From an uncultured Spirochaetales bacterium (GTDB lineage Bacteria > Spirochaetota > Spirochaetia > SPDA01 > CAZSGZ01), in NCBI GenBank assembly GCA_964458315.1, contig CAYWIK010000003.1:3712-67711 (forward strand): DNA of 64,000 nucleotides, in the 5' to 3' direction. This document shows positions 10,062 to 19,749 of the stretch, in pieces. The notes below the pieces were generated by a model. It made no database searches. It was not told the DNA's origin and saw only the letters and a list, made by a program, of their open reading frames with translations. Position 1 is the first letter of the stretch. Each line of letters begins with the position of its first letter. A program made the position numbers and the translations under genes.

Positions 10062-10346
10062 ATGTATTTCGGGGATTGGCTTCGAACAAGTGAAATAAAA
10101 CACATTTGGTTTGTTTCTTATTCATCGGACCGCGACGATTTTATTACAAGGGCCGCGAAGGCGTTAAAGAAAAAGGGACAGGTACAGGAATTGATTCCTC
10201 ACTGTGCCATGATCGAGTCGGTTGAACCGATGAATCAGGTGGTAAAGCACCTTCGAAAAGTCCTCTTGCCCGGTGAGGAGGCGATATTCATTTATCCCCA
10301 CCATAAAATGCTGGGGCATATTGTGCTGACTCCGGAAGATGATTAA
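10062..10346 (+). CDS. hypothetical small protein (94 aa) co-transcribed with nifS-thiI
   Basis: Strong SD AAGGAGG 7 nt before ATG 10062; ORF ends tail-to-tail against the convergent gene. No recognisable family; single Cys in PHCAM. Confidence 0.5.
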   Translation: MYFGDWLRTSEIKHIWFVSYSSDRDDFITRAAKALKKKGQVQELIPHCAMIESVEPMNQVVKHLRKVLLPGEEAIFIYPHHKMLGHIVLTPEDD

Positions 10347-10670
10347 TCAGGCCGTTTTCTTTTCTTCTTTTTTCTTACCGTCGGACTTTTTTTCGTCGGA
10401 TTTTTTGCCTTCCGATTTCGCCTCGGTACCGGCCTTTTCGGCGGGTTCTTTTTTCTCGGTATCTTTTTTGGCATGGCCGTTGCCGCCGGAATTCTTGTTG
10501 TCGGTCACATAAAATCCGCTGCCCTTGAAGATAATCCCTATGCCTCCGCCGATCAATCTTTGTACTTTCTTTCCGCATTCCGGACATTTACTCAAAGGTT
10601 TATCTGACATGCTTTGAAAAGCTTCAAAAGTGTGGCCGCAGCTGGTACATTCATAATCATATGTCGGCAT
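10347..10670 (-). CDS. FmdB-family zinc-ribbon protein with Lys/Glu-rich low-complexity tail
   Basis: 107 aa; MPTYDYECTSCGHTFE...SKCPECG (CxxC...CxxC) followed by a K/E/G-rich tail. Confidence 0.75.
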   Translation of the reverse strand: MPTYDYECTSCGHTFEAFQSMSDKPLSKCPECGKKVQRLIGGGIGIIFKGSGFYVTDNKNSGGNGHAKKDTEKKEPAEKAGTEAKSEGKKSDEKKSDGKKKEEKKTA

Positions 10671-10727
10671 CTATCATCCTCCTATAAATATATATCTAAT
10701 TAGTGAATAAAAGGCAACAGGTTTTTT

Positions 10728-11504
10728 TTATTTTATTCCGTCAAACCGTATCGGTACCGATTTCTCAGACAGGGCCTTTTTTATTTGAGGAACGGTAAAT
10801 CCGCGCATATGGACCATCGAGGCAACCAAAGCCGCGTCGGCTTTCCCCCTTGTGAGCACTTCGTAGAGATGCTCTATTGCACCCGCGCCGCCTGATGCGA
10901 CAACCGGGACCGGCACCGCCTCGGAAATCATTTTTGTGATCGTCAGCTCATATCCCTCTTCGGTGCCGTCCGCGTCTATTGAATTGAGTACTATTTCACC
11001 GGCACCCAGTTTTACCGCCTTCAGGGCCCACTCGAGGGCATCTAAACCGGTCGCCGTTCTTCCGCCGTTTATGAACACACGATAGCCCGAAGGAACAGTC
11101 CTGTCTTTTTTCGCATCCATTCCGAGGACAATACATTGGCTGCCAAAGAGAGAAGCCCCTTCTTCAATGATGCCGGGGTTTTTTACCGCCTGAGAGTTGA
11201 CGCTTACTTTTTCCGCTCCCGCAAGCAGGACTTTTCTGATATCCGAAACAGACCCGATTCCTCCGCCTACCGAAAAAGGGATAAAAATATTCTCTGCTAC
11301 CCTTCGAACAATGTCGATCATGATGCCCCGGTCTTCCGCCGATGCGGTAATGTCATAAAACACCAGTTCGTCCACCCCCTGCCGGTAATATTCGCCGGCC
11401 ATGACCACGGGGTCCCCTATGTCGATGTTGCCTTTGAATTGTACCCCTTTGGTTGTTTTCCCGTCCCGGACATCTAAACAAACGATAATTCGTTTTTTCA
11501 GCAT
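10728..11504 (-). CDS. hisF: imidazole glycerol phosphate synthase cyclase subunit HisF (or HisF-like amidotransferase partner)
   Basis: 258 aa; [11 protein letters not shown]...[26 protein letters not shown]...FSVGGGIGS...[12 protein letters not shown]...ASGGAG. Confidence 0.8.
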   Translation of the reverse strand: MLKKRIIVCLDVRDGKTTKGVQFKGNIDIGDPVVMAGEYYRQGVDELVFYDITASAEDRGIMIDIVRRVAENIFIPFSVGGGIGSVSDIRKVLLAGAEKVSVNSQAVKNPGIIEEGASLFGSQCIVLGMDAKKDRTVPSGYRVFINGGRTATGLDALEWALKAVKLGAGEIVLNSIDADGTEEGYELTITKMISEAVPVPVVASGGAGAIEHLYEVLTRGKADAALVASMVHMRGFTVPQIKKALSEKSVPIRFDGIK

Positions 11505-11521
11505 TACAGCTCCTTCCTTCC

Positions 11522-12148
11522 CTATTCCTTTAGATGTACAAAATTATCGAGTATTCTAAGTCCGGCGGGCCCCGATTTTTCCGGGTGGAACTGAAGGGCG
11601 AACAAGTTATCTTGTATTATCCCGGAAGGGAACGTGATTATATAATCGGTTTCGCATAATACCTGGTCCCGGTTTTCCGGCGCGGGATAATACGAGTGGA
11701 CAAAGTAGAAATCGGTGCCCGGAGCAATGCCTTGAAATAAAGGGGTCCTGACCGCCGGGACTACTTCATTCCAGCCCATATGCGGGATTTTATACCCCGC
11801 GGCAGGAGGAAATTTCTTCACTTTTCCCGGAATCATTCCAAGGCATTGCGCGGACCGCTCTTCCGAACGGTCGAGAAGAAGCTGACAGCCGATACAAATC
11901 CCGAGAAATAATTTTCCGGAAGCGGCGAAGTTTCTAAGCCCTTCGTCCATGCCTGTTTTTTTGAGCACACTCATTGCGGCGAACGCTTCCCCCACGCCGG
12001 GAAATATGAGCCGGTCCGCCTGTTCAATTTGCTCGGGCGATTTTACCACCGTGTAGGACGCGCCGAGATGTAAGAGCGCCGTTTCTACGCTGGTAAGGTT
12101 CCCCGCCTCGTAATCGACAACGCCGATATTCATTGATCTGCCGTTCAC
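11522..12148 (-). CDS. hisH: imidazole glycerol phosphate synthase glutamine amidotransferase subunit HisH (start probably at internal MNIGVVDY, ~12133)
   Basis: 208 aa; class I GATase: [13 protein letters not shown], catalytic [20 protein letters not shown]. Confidence 0.8.
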   Translation of the reverse strand: MNGRSMNIGVVDYEAGNLTSVETALLHLGASYTVVKSPEQIEQADRLIFPGVGEAFAAMSVLKKTGMDEGLRNFAASGKLFLGICIGCQLLLDRSEERSAQCLGMIPGKVKKFPPAAGYKIPHMGWNEVVPAVRTPLFQGIAPGTDFYFVHSYYPAPENRDQVLCETDYIITFPSGIIQDNLFALQFHPEKSGPAGLRILDNFVHLKE

Positions 12149-13131
12149 GGTCTCGAAGTGCCCGGGGCGGGTAAAAGGGAAAGGATAAAACGTTCCGCCG
12201 CCCCTTGGTCGAAGGTTATTCCTGAAATCCGGACATAATTTCCCCGCGGTTGTACCATGAGGGTTTCTTTAAGCTTTCCCATCTCACCTAAATCATTTTT
12301 CCTGATCCAGCCGACGAGAAGTATCCGGGTAAACATTGCCATTTTCTTTGCCTCTTCCGCAGTCCCGAGCAGAAAAGCGCCGGACAGATGGTATATATTT
12401 TGGCTTTGCAGCATGGTGAACCACATCGAATCCAGCGGGAATTTCTCCAAATCGATCGGAAAATCCCCGAGAAGAGTTTCCGCCGGGTTCCTGAGGTAGA
12501 GGACAAAATCGGATACCTCCATCTCATGGAGAACTTCCCGGTTGACGGCAGGGGGGAACGGATCGCGGTACCGCTCGAGCATTCCTTCTATTCCCTCACC
12601 TTCCGTCCCTTCCGAAGCGGCAAAGATGATACCTCGCGCGGGTACGGCAATTTGGATTTGTTCTTCCTTGTTTTCCCACCACGGAATTGTACCGTAAAAA
12701 TTTTTCTCCCATTTTTCATCGCTGTTGATAATCGAACTGGTTATTCCCCGGGGAAAATTGCCTTGGATAATGAAATATGTATTGATTACCTTGTTATGCG
12801 AAAGTTCCGCGGCGAAAAGGACGGCAGCGGTCCGGTCGAACAAGGGAGTCAATTCCTCCTCTGCTCCTAATAACCCGGCGACGATACGGGTAAACAATTC
12901 GCGGTTATGCTCGATGTCAATTTTTCCGGTAATCGACGACTCTTGAGGAAGGTATCCAAACAGACTTCTTTCGGAAACAAAGGTTTCCGTACTCTTACAT
13001 CCGGCTGCAAAGAGAAGTCCGAACAATACCGCGGCAGTAAAAAGAATATGTATGCCCTTCTTCCTCCGGTTAAATTTTTTCAAGATCAATGTGGCATTTT
13101 TCATTACCGCATTCCACCTCCGCACTCTCAT
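12145..13131 (-). CDS. hypothetical lipoprotein
   Basis: 328 aa; lipobox LLFAAGCKS after a hydrophobic stretch. Overlaps the ileS 3' end and the hisH start. Confidence 0.55.
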   Translation of the reverse strand: MRVRRWNAVMKNATLILKKFNRRKKGIHILFTAAVLFGLLFAAGCKSTETFVSERSLFGYLPQESSITGKIDIEHNRELFTRIVAGLLGAEEELTPLFDRTAAVLFAAELSHNKVINTYFIIQGNFPRGITSSIINSDEKWEKNFYGTIPWWENKEEQIQIAVPARGIIFAASEGTEGEGIEGMLERYRDPFPPAVNREVLHEMEVSDFVLYLRNPAETLLGDFPIDLEKFPLDSMWFTMLQSQNIYHLSGAFLLGTAEEAKKMAMFTRILLVGWIRKNDLGEMGKLKETLMVQPRGNYVRISGITFDQGAAERFILSLLPAPGTSRP

Positions 13132-16100
13132 CAGTCCGTTTCCATCTCCAGTCCACCGAGAGCGTCTCGGCCATAAAATAATCTTCGAAAGTTTTCACCG
13201 CCTCTTCCATTTCCTCGGACCCATATAGATAAAGGCGAATCCGGTCCGTAACATCAAGATCCGTTTCCTTCCGCATATTCTGCACATGCCGCACTAAGTC
13301 CCGGATAATACCCTCGCGTTTCAGGTCTTCTGAGATTTCAGGGTCCAACGCAACCGTAAGGGAACCTTCATTCAAGACCTTTAGGTTCTCTTTTTCAAAC
13401 CGCTGGACCTGGATTCCTTCCCGGGTAAGATCGAAGGTCATATCATCAAGGTCGATCGAAAGGGTCGCGCCTTCCATGAGGGACTGAATTTCCTTCATGT
13501 TGAGTTTTTCTATTTTCTCGGCCGCGGATTTCATATATTTTCCCAAACGCTTCCCGAGTACCTTGAAATTCGGTTTTGCTTTATATTCGACCAAGTCTTC
13601 TTCATTTTCCCGGAAAATGACCTCTTTTACATTGAGTTCTTCCCGGATAATGTCTTCCATCTCCCGCAGTATTTTCCTCTCCTCTTTGTTGATCGTCACG
13701 AGATGCAGCGCTTTGAGGGGCTGCCGTATCTTAATTTCGTGCATACTCCGCAGGGCCCGGCCCATGCTTACCGCCTGCCTGGTAATCTCCATCTTCCGTT
13801 CCAGTTCCCGGTCCCGGGCCTCTTTTCGGGATACGGGGAAATCGCAAAGATGAATCGATTCCGGCATTTCCTCCTGCTTCAGATTTTGGTAAATCTCCTC
13901 GGTGATAAAAGGAATAACGGGGCACGCCACGGTAATTAGTTTCATGAGGACCGAATAGAGGGTTTGATACGCCTGCTCTTTATCGACGTCGTTTTCCGAA
14001 CGCCAAAAACGCCTTCGCGACCGCCGGATGTACCAGTTGTTGAGCAAATCGATAAACATGACCATTGGCGTAATTGCCTTCTGCAGATCGTATTCCTCCA
14101 TATTCTCGATCACTTCAGCCACCAATTTCTCCGCTTCCGACAAGATCCAGCAGTCTAAGGGATTGTCAGGATTTTCAGGGCGGCCGGCAGGTTGGATTCC
14201 GTCGATGTTTGCATAGGTAACAAAAAAACTGTAGGCGTTCCAAAGAGGAATAATAATGGTTTTAAGAATCTCCTTCACTCCCTCGTCGGAATATTTGAGG
14301 TCCTCGGCCTTCACGACCGATGAAAATACAAGAAACAGCCGCAGGGCATCGGCCCCGTAATTATTGATGACATCCATCGGATCGGTGTAATTCCTCGCCG
14401 ATTTACTCATTTTTTTCCCGTCTTCCGCCAGGACCAAACCGTTTACGATCACATGTTTAAATGAGGGGCTCTTCCAGAGAGCAGCCGCGAGTACCGTTAA
14501 AGTGTAAAACCAGCCCCTGGTTTGATCGAGTCCTTCGCTGATAAAATCCGCGGGGAAATTTTTCTCAAAATGTTCCTTTTCTTCAAAAGGATAGTGATTC
14601 TGCGCGTAAGGCATGGCGCCTGATTCGAACCAGCAGTCGAGAACTTCCGGGACCCTTGCCATGGTCCCGCCGCATGAACAGGGATATGTAATTTCATCAA
14701 CAAAATGTTTATGGAGGTCCTTCACCTGTTTACCGGACTTCTCCTCCAGCTCGCCTTTGGAACCGATACATTCAACATGTTCGCAGGCATCACACCGCCA
14801 AATCGGAATCGGATTTCCCCAATAGCGGTTCCTGGAAATTGCCCAGTCCCGGGCGTTCTCGAGCCATTTGCCGAAACGCCCCTTCCGCAGGTGCTCCGGG
14901 ACCCAGTCGATTTGATCGTTTGCTTCCAGCATATCCGGTTTAAATTTCTGAATATCCACAAACCAGGAGGAAATGGCCCGGTAAATAAGGGGAGAGCTGC
15001 ATCTCCAGCAGTGAGGGTAATTATGCAGATAGTTTTCCCGTTTTACGATTTTTCCTTCTTCCTTGAGTTTTTTAATAATCCCTTTGTCCGCGGCTTTCAC
15101 AAAAAGACCGCTGAAATCCCACACCTCTTCGGTAAACTGCCCCTCCGCGTCAACGGGACAGACGGTCGGGACTTCGGTATCCTTCAGCAGCCTGTAGTCG
15201 TCTTCTCCAAACCCCGGGGCGGTATGTACAATTCCGCTTCCCTCCTCTGTAGAAACATAATCACCGAGGTATACGCGAAACGCCCCATTCTCTTCCGCGT
15301 CGGCAAAGTACGGGAACAGAGGTTCATACCCTTCGCCTTCGAGTTCCGCCCCCTTGAATTCCCGGACAATTTTGTATTCATCCTCCGAGCGATAATATTC
15401 TCCGAGCAGGTCCTTTGCGAGAATGTACCGTTCATCTCCGTCTTGGACTTCTACATAATCGATATCCGGCCCTACAGCCAGAGCGAGATTGGACGGCAGG
15501 GTCCATGGGGTGGTGGTCCAGGCAAGGAAAAATGTGTTATTTGCATTTAGTTTTTTAAACTTCACCGTAATTGCAGGATCATGGACCTGCTGATATCCGC
15601 CGAGGTTGAGTTCGTGGTTAGATAAAACCGTAGAGCATCGGGGACAGTATGGCAGGATATAGTGACCTTCGAATATGAGTCCTTTTTCCCAGAGACGGCT
15701 GACCACCCACCATATCGACTCCATATAATCCGGTTCCATAGTCTTGTAATCGTTGTCAAAGTCGACCCACCGGCCCAGCCGCGTGATGACCTGCCTCCAT
15801 TCGCCGGTATAGCGAAGTACGATCGAACGGCACGCCTCGTTGAATTTGGCCACTCCATACTCTTCTATTTCCCGTTTTCCGGAGATACCAAGCTCTTTTT
15901 CCATCTCATATTCTACCGGAAGGCCGTGGCAGTCCCAACCGAACCTTCGTTCTACCATTTTCCCCCGCATCGTTTGATACCGCGGGACAATATCTTTAAT
16001 CGTACTCGGAACAAAATGACCGAAATGGGGTAAGCCGGTAGCAAAAGGAGGGCCGTCATAAAAGATGTATTCTTCCGAACCGTCACGATTTTCCACAGAT

Positions 16101-16189
16101 TTCTTAAAAATATTTCGAGTCTGCCAAAATTCCAGGATCTTCTCCTCTTTTTGCGGAAAATTGACCTTCGGGTCTACCGGTTTATACAA
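13070..16189 (-). CDS. ileS: isoleucine--tRNA ligase
   Basis: 1039 aa; HIGH-region PFATGLPHFGH, KMSKS, editing domain. TTG start preceded by AGGAGG. Confidence 0.9.
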   Translation of the reverse strand: MYKPVDPKVNFPQKEEKILEFWQTRNIFKKSVENRDGSEEYIFYDGPPFATGLPHFGHFVPSTIKDIVPRYQTMRGKMVERRFGWDCHGLPVEYEMEKELGISGKREIEEYGVAKFNEACRSIVLRYTGEWRQVITRLGRWVDFDNDYKTMEPDYMESIWWVVSRLWEKGLIFEGHYILPYCPRCSTVLSNHELNLGGYQQVHDPAITVKFKKLNANNTFFLAWTTTPWTLPSNLALAVGPDIDYVEVQDGDERYILAKDLLGEYYRSEDEYKIVREFKGAELEGEGYEPLFPYFADAEENGAFRVYLGDYVSTEEGSGIVHTAPGFGEDDYRLLKDTEVPTVCPVDAEGQFTEEVWDFSGLFVKAADKGIIKKLKEEGKIVKRENYLHNYPHCWRCSSPLIYRAISSWFVDIQKFKPDMLEANDQIDWVPEHLRKGRFGKWLENARDWAISRNRYWGNPIPIWRCDACEHVECIGSKGELEEKSGKQVKDLHKHFVDEITYPCSCGGTMARVPEVLDCWFESGAMPYAQNHYPFEEKEHFEKNFPADFISEGLDQTRGWFYTLTVLAAALWKSPSFKHVIVNGLVLAEDGKKMSKSARNYTDPMDVINNYGADALRLFLVFSSVVKAEDLKYSDEGVKEILKTIIIPLWNAYSFFVTYANIDGIQPAGRPENPDNPLDCWILSEAEKLVAEVIENMEEYDLQKAITPMVMFIDLLNNWYIRRSRRRFWRSENDVDKEQAYQTLYSVLMKLITVACPVIPFITEEIYQNLKQEEMPESIHLCDFPVSRKEARDRELERKMEITRQAVSMGRALRSMHEIKIRQPLKALHLVTINKEERKILREMEDIIREELNVKEVIFRENEEDLVEYKAKPNFKVLGKRLGKYMKSAAEKIEKLNMKEIQSLMEGATLSIDLDDMTFDLTREGIQVQRFEKENLKVLNEGSLTVALDPEISEDLKREGIIRDLVRHVQNMRKETDLDVTDRIRLYLYGSEEMEEAVKTFEDYFMAETLSVDWRWKRTDESAEVECGNEKCHIDLEKI

Positions 16190-16245
16190 AATGTCCTCCT
16201 GAACAATATTCGCTGTATTTCTATTCCAAAGGGATTAGTCCGCTC

Positions 16246-16275
16246 ATTCTAGAGAGATTCATAAAAACCTGTCAA
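16246..16275 (-). promoter_or_regulatory. sigma70-like promoter for ileS: TTGACA(16270-16275 rc)-N18-TAGAAT(16246-16251 rc)
   Basis: Seen in sequence, ~55 nt upstream of the ileS start. Confidence 0.4.
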
Positions 16276-16314
16276 GGCATTGCCGCCGGCTTATTTTTCG
16301 TATACCTTCCAATT

Positions 16315-17430
16315 ATGAAGGTAGAAGGCAAACATTACAGGACCATTTGGGCTGATCCTACAGACAACGGGTCGGTCAGCATCATCGACCAGCGGAAACT
16401 TCCCCATCGGTTTGAAGTAGTGAAACTCGCAAACGTTGACGAAGTCGCGGCCGCAATACGTGAGATGTGGGTGCGCGGCGCCGGTCTGATCGGGGCCGCC
16501 GCGGGGTTCGGTATGTATCTCGCCGCGCTGCGCGGGCCGGAAAAGGACCTGCGGGAATATCTTGAAAATGCCGCGGAAAAGCTCATAAAGACCAGGCCCA
16601 CGGCAAGCAATTTAAGCTGGGCGGTTAAACGTCAACGTACCGCACTCGGCCGCCTCGAAAACCAAGGTGATATCGTTACAAGCGCCTTAGAGACCGCGCA
16701 GTCAATAGCGGATGAAGATGCCGAGTTCTGCCGGAGTATCGGTGAACACGGGGTTCATTTGATCGAAGAGATTTATAGGCAGAAGGGCAATCGACCGGTC
16801 GAGATCCTGACCCACTGTAATGCCGGCTGGCTCGCGTTTGTGGACTACGGCAGTGCGACCTCGCCCATCTACGCCGCGCACGACCGGGGGGTCCCGGTCC
16901 ATGTATGGGTAGACGAAACCAGACCGCGAAACCAAGGCGCCGGGCTGACCGCCTGGGAATTGGGACAGCACGGCGTTCCCCACGACGTGATTGTCGATAA
17001 TGCGGGGGGCCATCTCATGCAGCACGGGATGGTCGATTTGGTTCTTACCGGGGCTGACCGCATTACCGCGGGAGGGGACGCTGCAAATAAAATCGGCACG
17101 TATTTAAAAGCCCTCGCCGCCGGGGACAACGGTATCCCCTGCTACATTGCCTTTCCCTCTTCCACTATCGACTGGGAAATGTACGACGGCGTCAAGGAGA
17201 TTCCGATCGAAGAACGAAGCGCGGACGAGGTTCGCTTTGTCAGCGGGATGTCCAAGGGCGAGTATCGTTCAGTCCTCCTTTGTCCGAAGGACTCACCTGC
17301 AAGAAACTGGGGATTCGATGTAACTCCCTCCCGGCTTATTACCGGATTTATTACCGAACGGGGTGTTTGTTCCGCCGATAATGAGGGACTGCTGCGCCTC
17401 TATCCTGAATTCTCCGGCTCTGCATCCTGA
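16315..17430 (+). CDS. mtnA: S-methyl-5-thioribose-1-phosphate isomerase / eIF-2B-like isomerase family
   Basis: 371 aa; KLPHRFEVVKL, GAGLIGAAAGFGMYLAA, THCNAGWLA..., GADRITAGGDAANKIGTY, all typical of the MtnA/e2B2 family. Confidence 0.75.
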   Translation: MKVEGKHYRTIWADPTDNGSVSIIDQRKLPHRFEVVKLANVDEVAAAIREMWVRGAGLIGAAAGFGMYLAALRGPEKDLREYLENAAEKLIKTRPTASNLSWAVKRQRTALGRLENQGDIVTSALETAQSIADEDAEFCRSIGEHGVHLIEEIYRQKGNRPVEILTHCNAGWLAFVDYGSATSPIYAAHDRGVPVHVWVDETRPRNQGAGLTAWELGQHGVPHDVIVDNAGGHLMQHGMVDLVLTGADRITAGGDAANKIGTYLKALAAGDNGIPCYIAFPSSTIDWEMYDGVKEIPIEERSADEVRFVSGMSKGEYRSVLLCPKDSPARNWGFDVTPSRLITGFITERGVCSADNEGLLRLYPEFSGSAS

Positions 17431-18593
17431 TATTGATGAAAAATTGTAAGCACTTGATCAATATTCGAGGTAAAAAGATCGATCAACCGGGGTTCGAAAT
17501 GAACGCCCCTCTCCTTTCTAAACAGTTCGAGAATATCATCTATGGACCACGCCTGTTTATACACCCTTTTGTTTGATAACGCATCAAAAACATCCGCAAT
17601 GGCAGTAATTCTGCCGTAGAGATGGATATCTTCGCCTTTTACTCCTCTTGGATACCCTTCTCCGTTCCACTTTTCGTGATGTTCATGGGCTACAATGGAG
17701 GCGGCCTTGAGAAGCCGCCGTTCCGAGTATTTGAGCATTTCATACCCTAAAGTAGTATGGCTTTCCATCTGTTTTCGTTCTTTTTCGGTCAATTTTCCAG
17801 GTTTGAGGAGGATCGCATCGGGAATCGCTATTTTCCCAATATCATGCAGCGGAGACGCGAGCTTAAGCATTGAGGCTTCCTTTTCTTCCATTCCATACAG
17901 ACGACCTAACAAATATGTATACTCGGCTACCCGTTTAACATGATATCCCGTTTCTTTCGACCGAAGCTCGCCGGTTTCCGCTAAGGTATGGATTATCTCC
18001 CGCTGTGTATTCTCGATCTCCTCCTGCAGCAGTACCGCTTCAAGCTGTTTACCGGTGTATGTAGCCGCAATGAGCAGATGTTCCTTATCCTGCTCGGTAA
18101 ATCCTTTCTCTTGAGTAAGCTTGTTAACAGCCTGAAAGACGCCGATAATTTTTCCTTCACTGGTACGGATCGGAAGTGCGATGATGCTTCTGGTTGTATA
18201 CCCCGTTTTCTTGTCAACCTCTTTGTCAAAGCGGTCGTCCGCGTATGGATCATTTATTACTTCGGGCTCTCCATTGCGGGCAACATATCCCGCAATACCG
18301 TGGGAAAGAGGTATCCGTATTTCCTTGAGGCCGTGGGAAACTCGGCTCCATAATTCCATGTTCTTTTCATCGAGAAGCCAAAGAGTACACCGGTCCGCCC
18401 CGATCAGGTCTCTCCCCATATCTGCAAACAGGGTCAATAACTTATCGACGTCCCGCTCATTCGCAATCCTGCTTATATAGTCAAGGATAATTGGAATCAG
18501 TTTTTGTTGCATATGGGAATTATAAAAAACCTTATCGTAATAGTCGATAACTCTTTTCAATTTTTTCTCCTTTTTGTACAATGCACAGGCCAT
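17400..18593 (-). CDS. GAF domain-containing HD-GYP phosphodiesterase (c-di-GMP signalling)
   Basis: 397 aa; N-terminal GAF-like region; HD-GYP core HVKRVAEYTYLLG...PLHDIGKIAIPDAILLKPGKLTEKE...GYEML. Confidence 0.75.
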   Translation of the reverse strand: MACALYKKEKKLKRVIDYYDKVFYNSHMQQKLIPIILDYISRIANERDVDKLLTLFADMGRDLIGADRCTLWLLDEKNMELWSRVSHGLKEIRIPLSHGIAGYVARNGEPEVINDPYADDRFDKEVDKKTGYTTRSIIALPIRTSEGKIIGVFQAVNKLTQEKGFTEQDKEHLLIAATYTGKQLEAVLLQEEIENTQREIIHTLAETGELRSKETGYHVKRVAEYTYLLGRLYGMEEKEASMLKLASPLHDIGKIAIPDAILLKPGKLTEKERKQMESHTTLGYEMLKYSERRLLKAASIVAHEHHEKWNGEGYPRGVKGEDIHLYGRITAIADVFDALSNKRVYKQAWSIDDILELFRKERGVHFEPRLIDLFTSNIDQVLTIFHQYQDAEPENSG

Positions 18594-19749
18594 GATCTTT
18601 GTTTATATTATTATCGGTTTGTTTGCGGGAACGACATTACTCTCCCACATATCCCTTTCCTGCGGCGTCATTTTATCCTATAAGAATGAGAAAAAACGGC
18701 GCTTACGCTATGCCGGAGAAGGGTTAGATGATTATTCTATTTCGATCATCATTCCCGCACGAAATGAGGAAGAAAACCTTCCGAAATTATTTCTCGCTTT
18801 AGAAAACCAGAGTTATAACCGGTTCAACATCGTCCTCGTCAACGACAGGTCTAAAGACCAGACCGCGGAGATTATGGAAGCCTTTAAAAAAAAACACCCT
18901 GAAAGGGTTGAAATAATTCACGTGGCCGAATACAGCGATTTCCCCGGAATGAATCCGAAACAGTATGCGCTTTTTCAGGGAATCGAGGGCTGCACCAGTG
19001 ATATTCTCCTGTTCACCGATGCGGATTGTGTGCCGCCTCCCCGGTGGGTCGAATACACTGCCATCCATTTTTTAGAGCCGGAGGTAGGTGTAGTAATCGG
19101 GCCGATTCATACCGAACAAAAAAGGGGATTTATCTACCGTTTTCAGGTATTCGACCATATTTTCCGGTATTTTTATACCGTTGCAAGCGCCGGCATGGGC
19201 ATGCCGACCGGCGGGTTCGGTAATAATCTTGCAACCCGCAAAAAGGCAATAGACGATATCGGCGGGTACGGATCCATCGGTTATTCCGTAACTGAAGATG
19301 CCGCACTGATTGCAAAAATCAGGGAATTAAACCGGTACGGCATAGCGGCGACCACCACACGGGAAACTCGTGTTATCGCCGCTCCTCAGGCAAAGTGGCG
19401 CATATTGTCTAAACAGGAACGCCGCTGGAGTTACGGGGCTTTTTACTCTCCGGATTGGAAAACAATTTTAGGCTATGGTGCAGTTATGCTCTTTCTCTTT
19501 GCAGGTTTGGTCTCGATTCCTCTTTCTCTTCTCTTTTCTCCCCTCAGGATCATAATCGGTTCAACCTTTACGAGCATGCTTATCATGGCATGCGCGGGCG
19601 GAGCATGTCTTAAGATGCAATTTCGTGAATATTGGCTTTGGCTTATTCCGTCGATTATCTGGTGCGCCCTTTTCTATACCTTTAACAACATTCTCTCTTT
19701 CATTAACATTCCTATCGAGTGGAAGGGGAAAAAACTGGAAAAAATGTGA
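18574..19749 (+). CDS. membrane glycosyltransferase family 2 (processive-type, QxxRW motif; ceramide/diacylglycerol glucosyltransferase-like)
   Basis: 391 aa; SIIIPARNEEENLP, DXD FTDADC, QERRWSYG (QxxRW), N- and C-terminal TM helices. Stop overlaps the next start (ATGTGATG). The true start may be ATG 18592. Confidence 0.75.
   Translation: MYNAQAMIFVYIIIGLFAGTTLLSHISLSCGVILSYKNEKKRRLRYAGEGLDDYSISIIIPARNEEENLPKLFLALENQSYNRFNIVLVNDRSKDQTAEIMEAFKKKHPERVEIIHVAEYSDFPGMNPKQYALFQGIEGCTSDILLFTDADCVPPPRWVEYTAIHFLEPEVGVVIGPIHTEQKRGFIYRFQVFDHIFRYFYTVASAGMGMPTGGFGNNLATRKKAIDDIGGYGSIGYSVTEDAALIAKIRELNRYGIAATTTRETRVIAAPQAKWRILSKQERRWSYGAFYSPDWKTILGYGAVMLFLFAGLVSIPLSLLFSPLRIIIGSTFTSMLIMACAGGACLKMQFREYWLWLIPSIIWCALFYTFNNILSFINIPIEWKGKKLEKM

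Noticed and set aside
14705-15550. 281-aa ORF on the plus strand inside ileS
   Set aside because: It is antisense to a well-supported ileS coding region. The translation is low-complexity (R/P/G/F rich) with no domain signature, a typical shadow ORF of a conserved gene.
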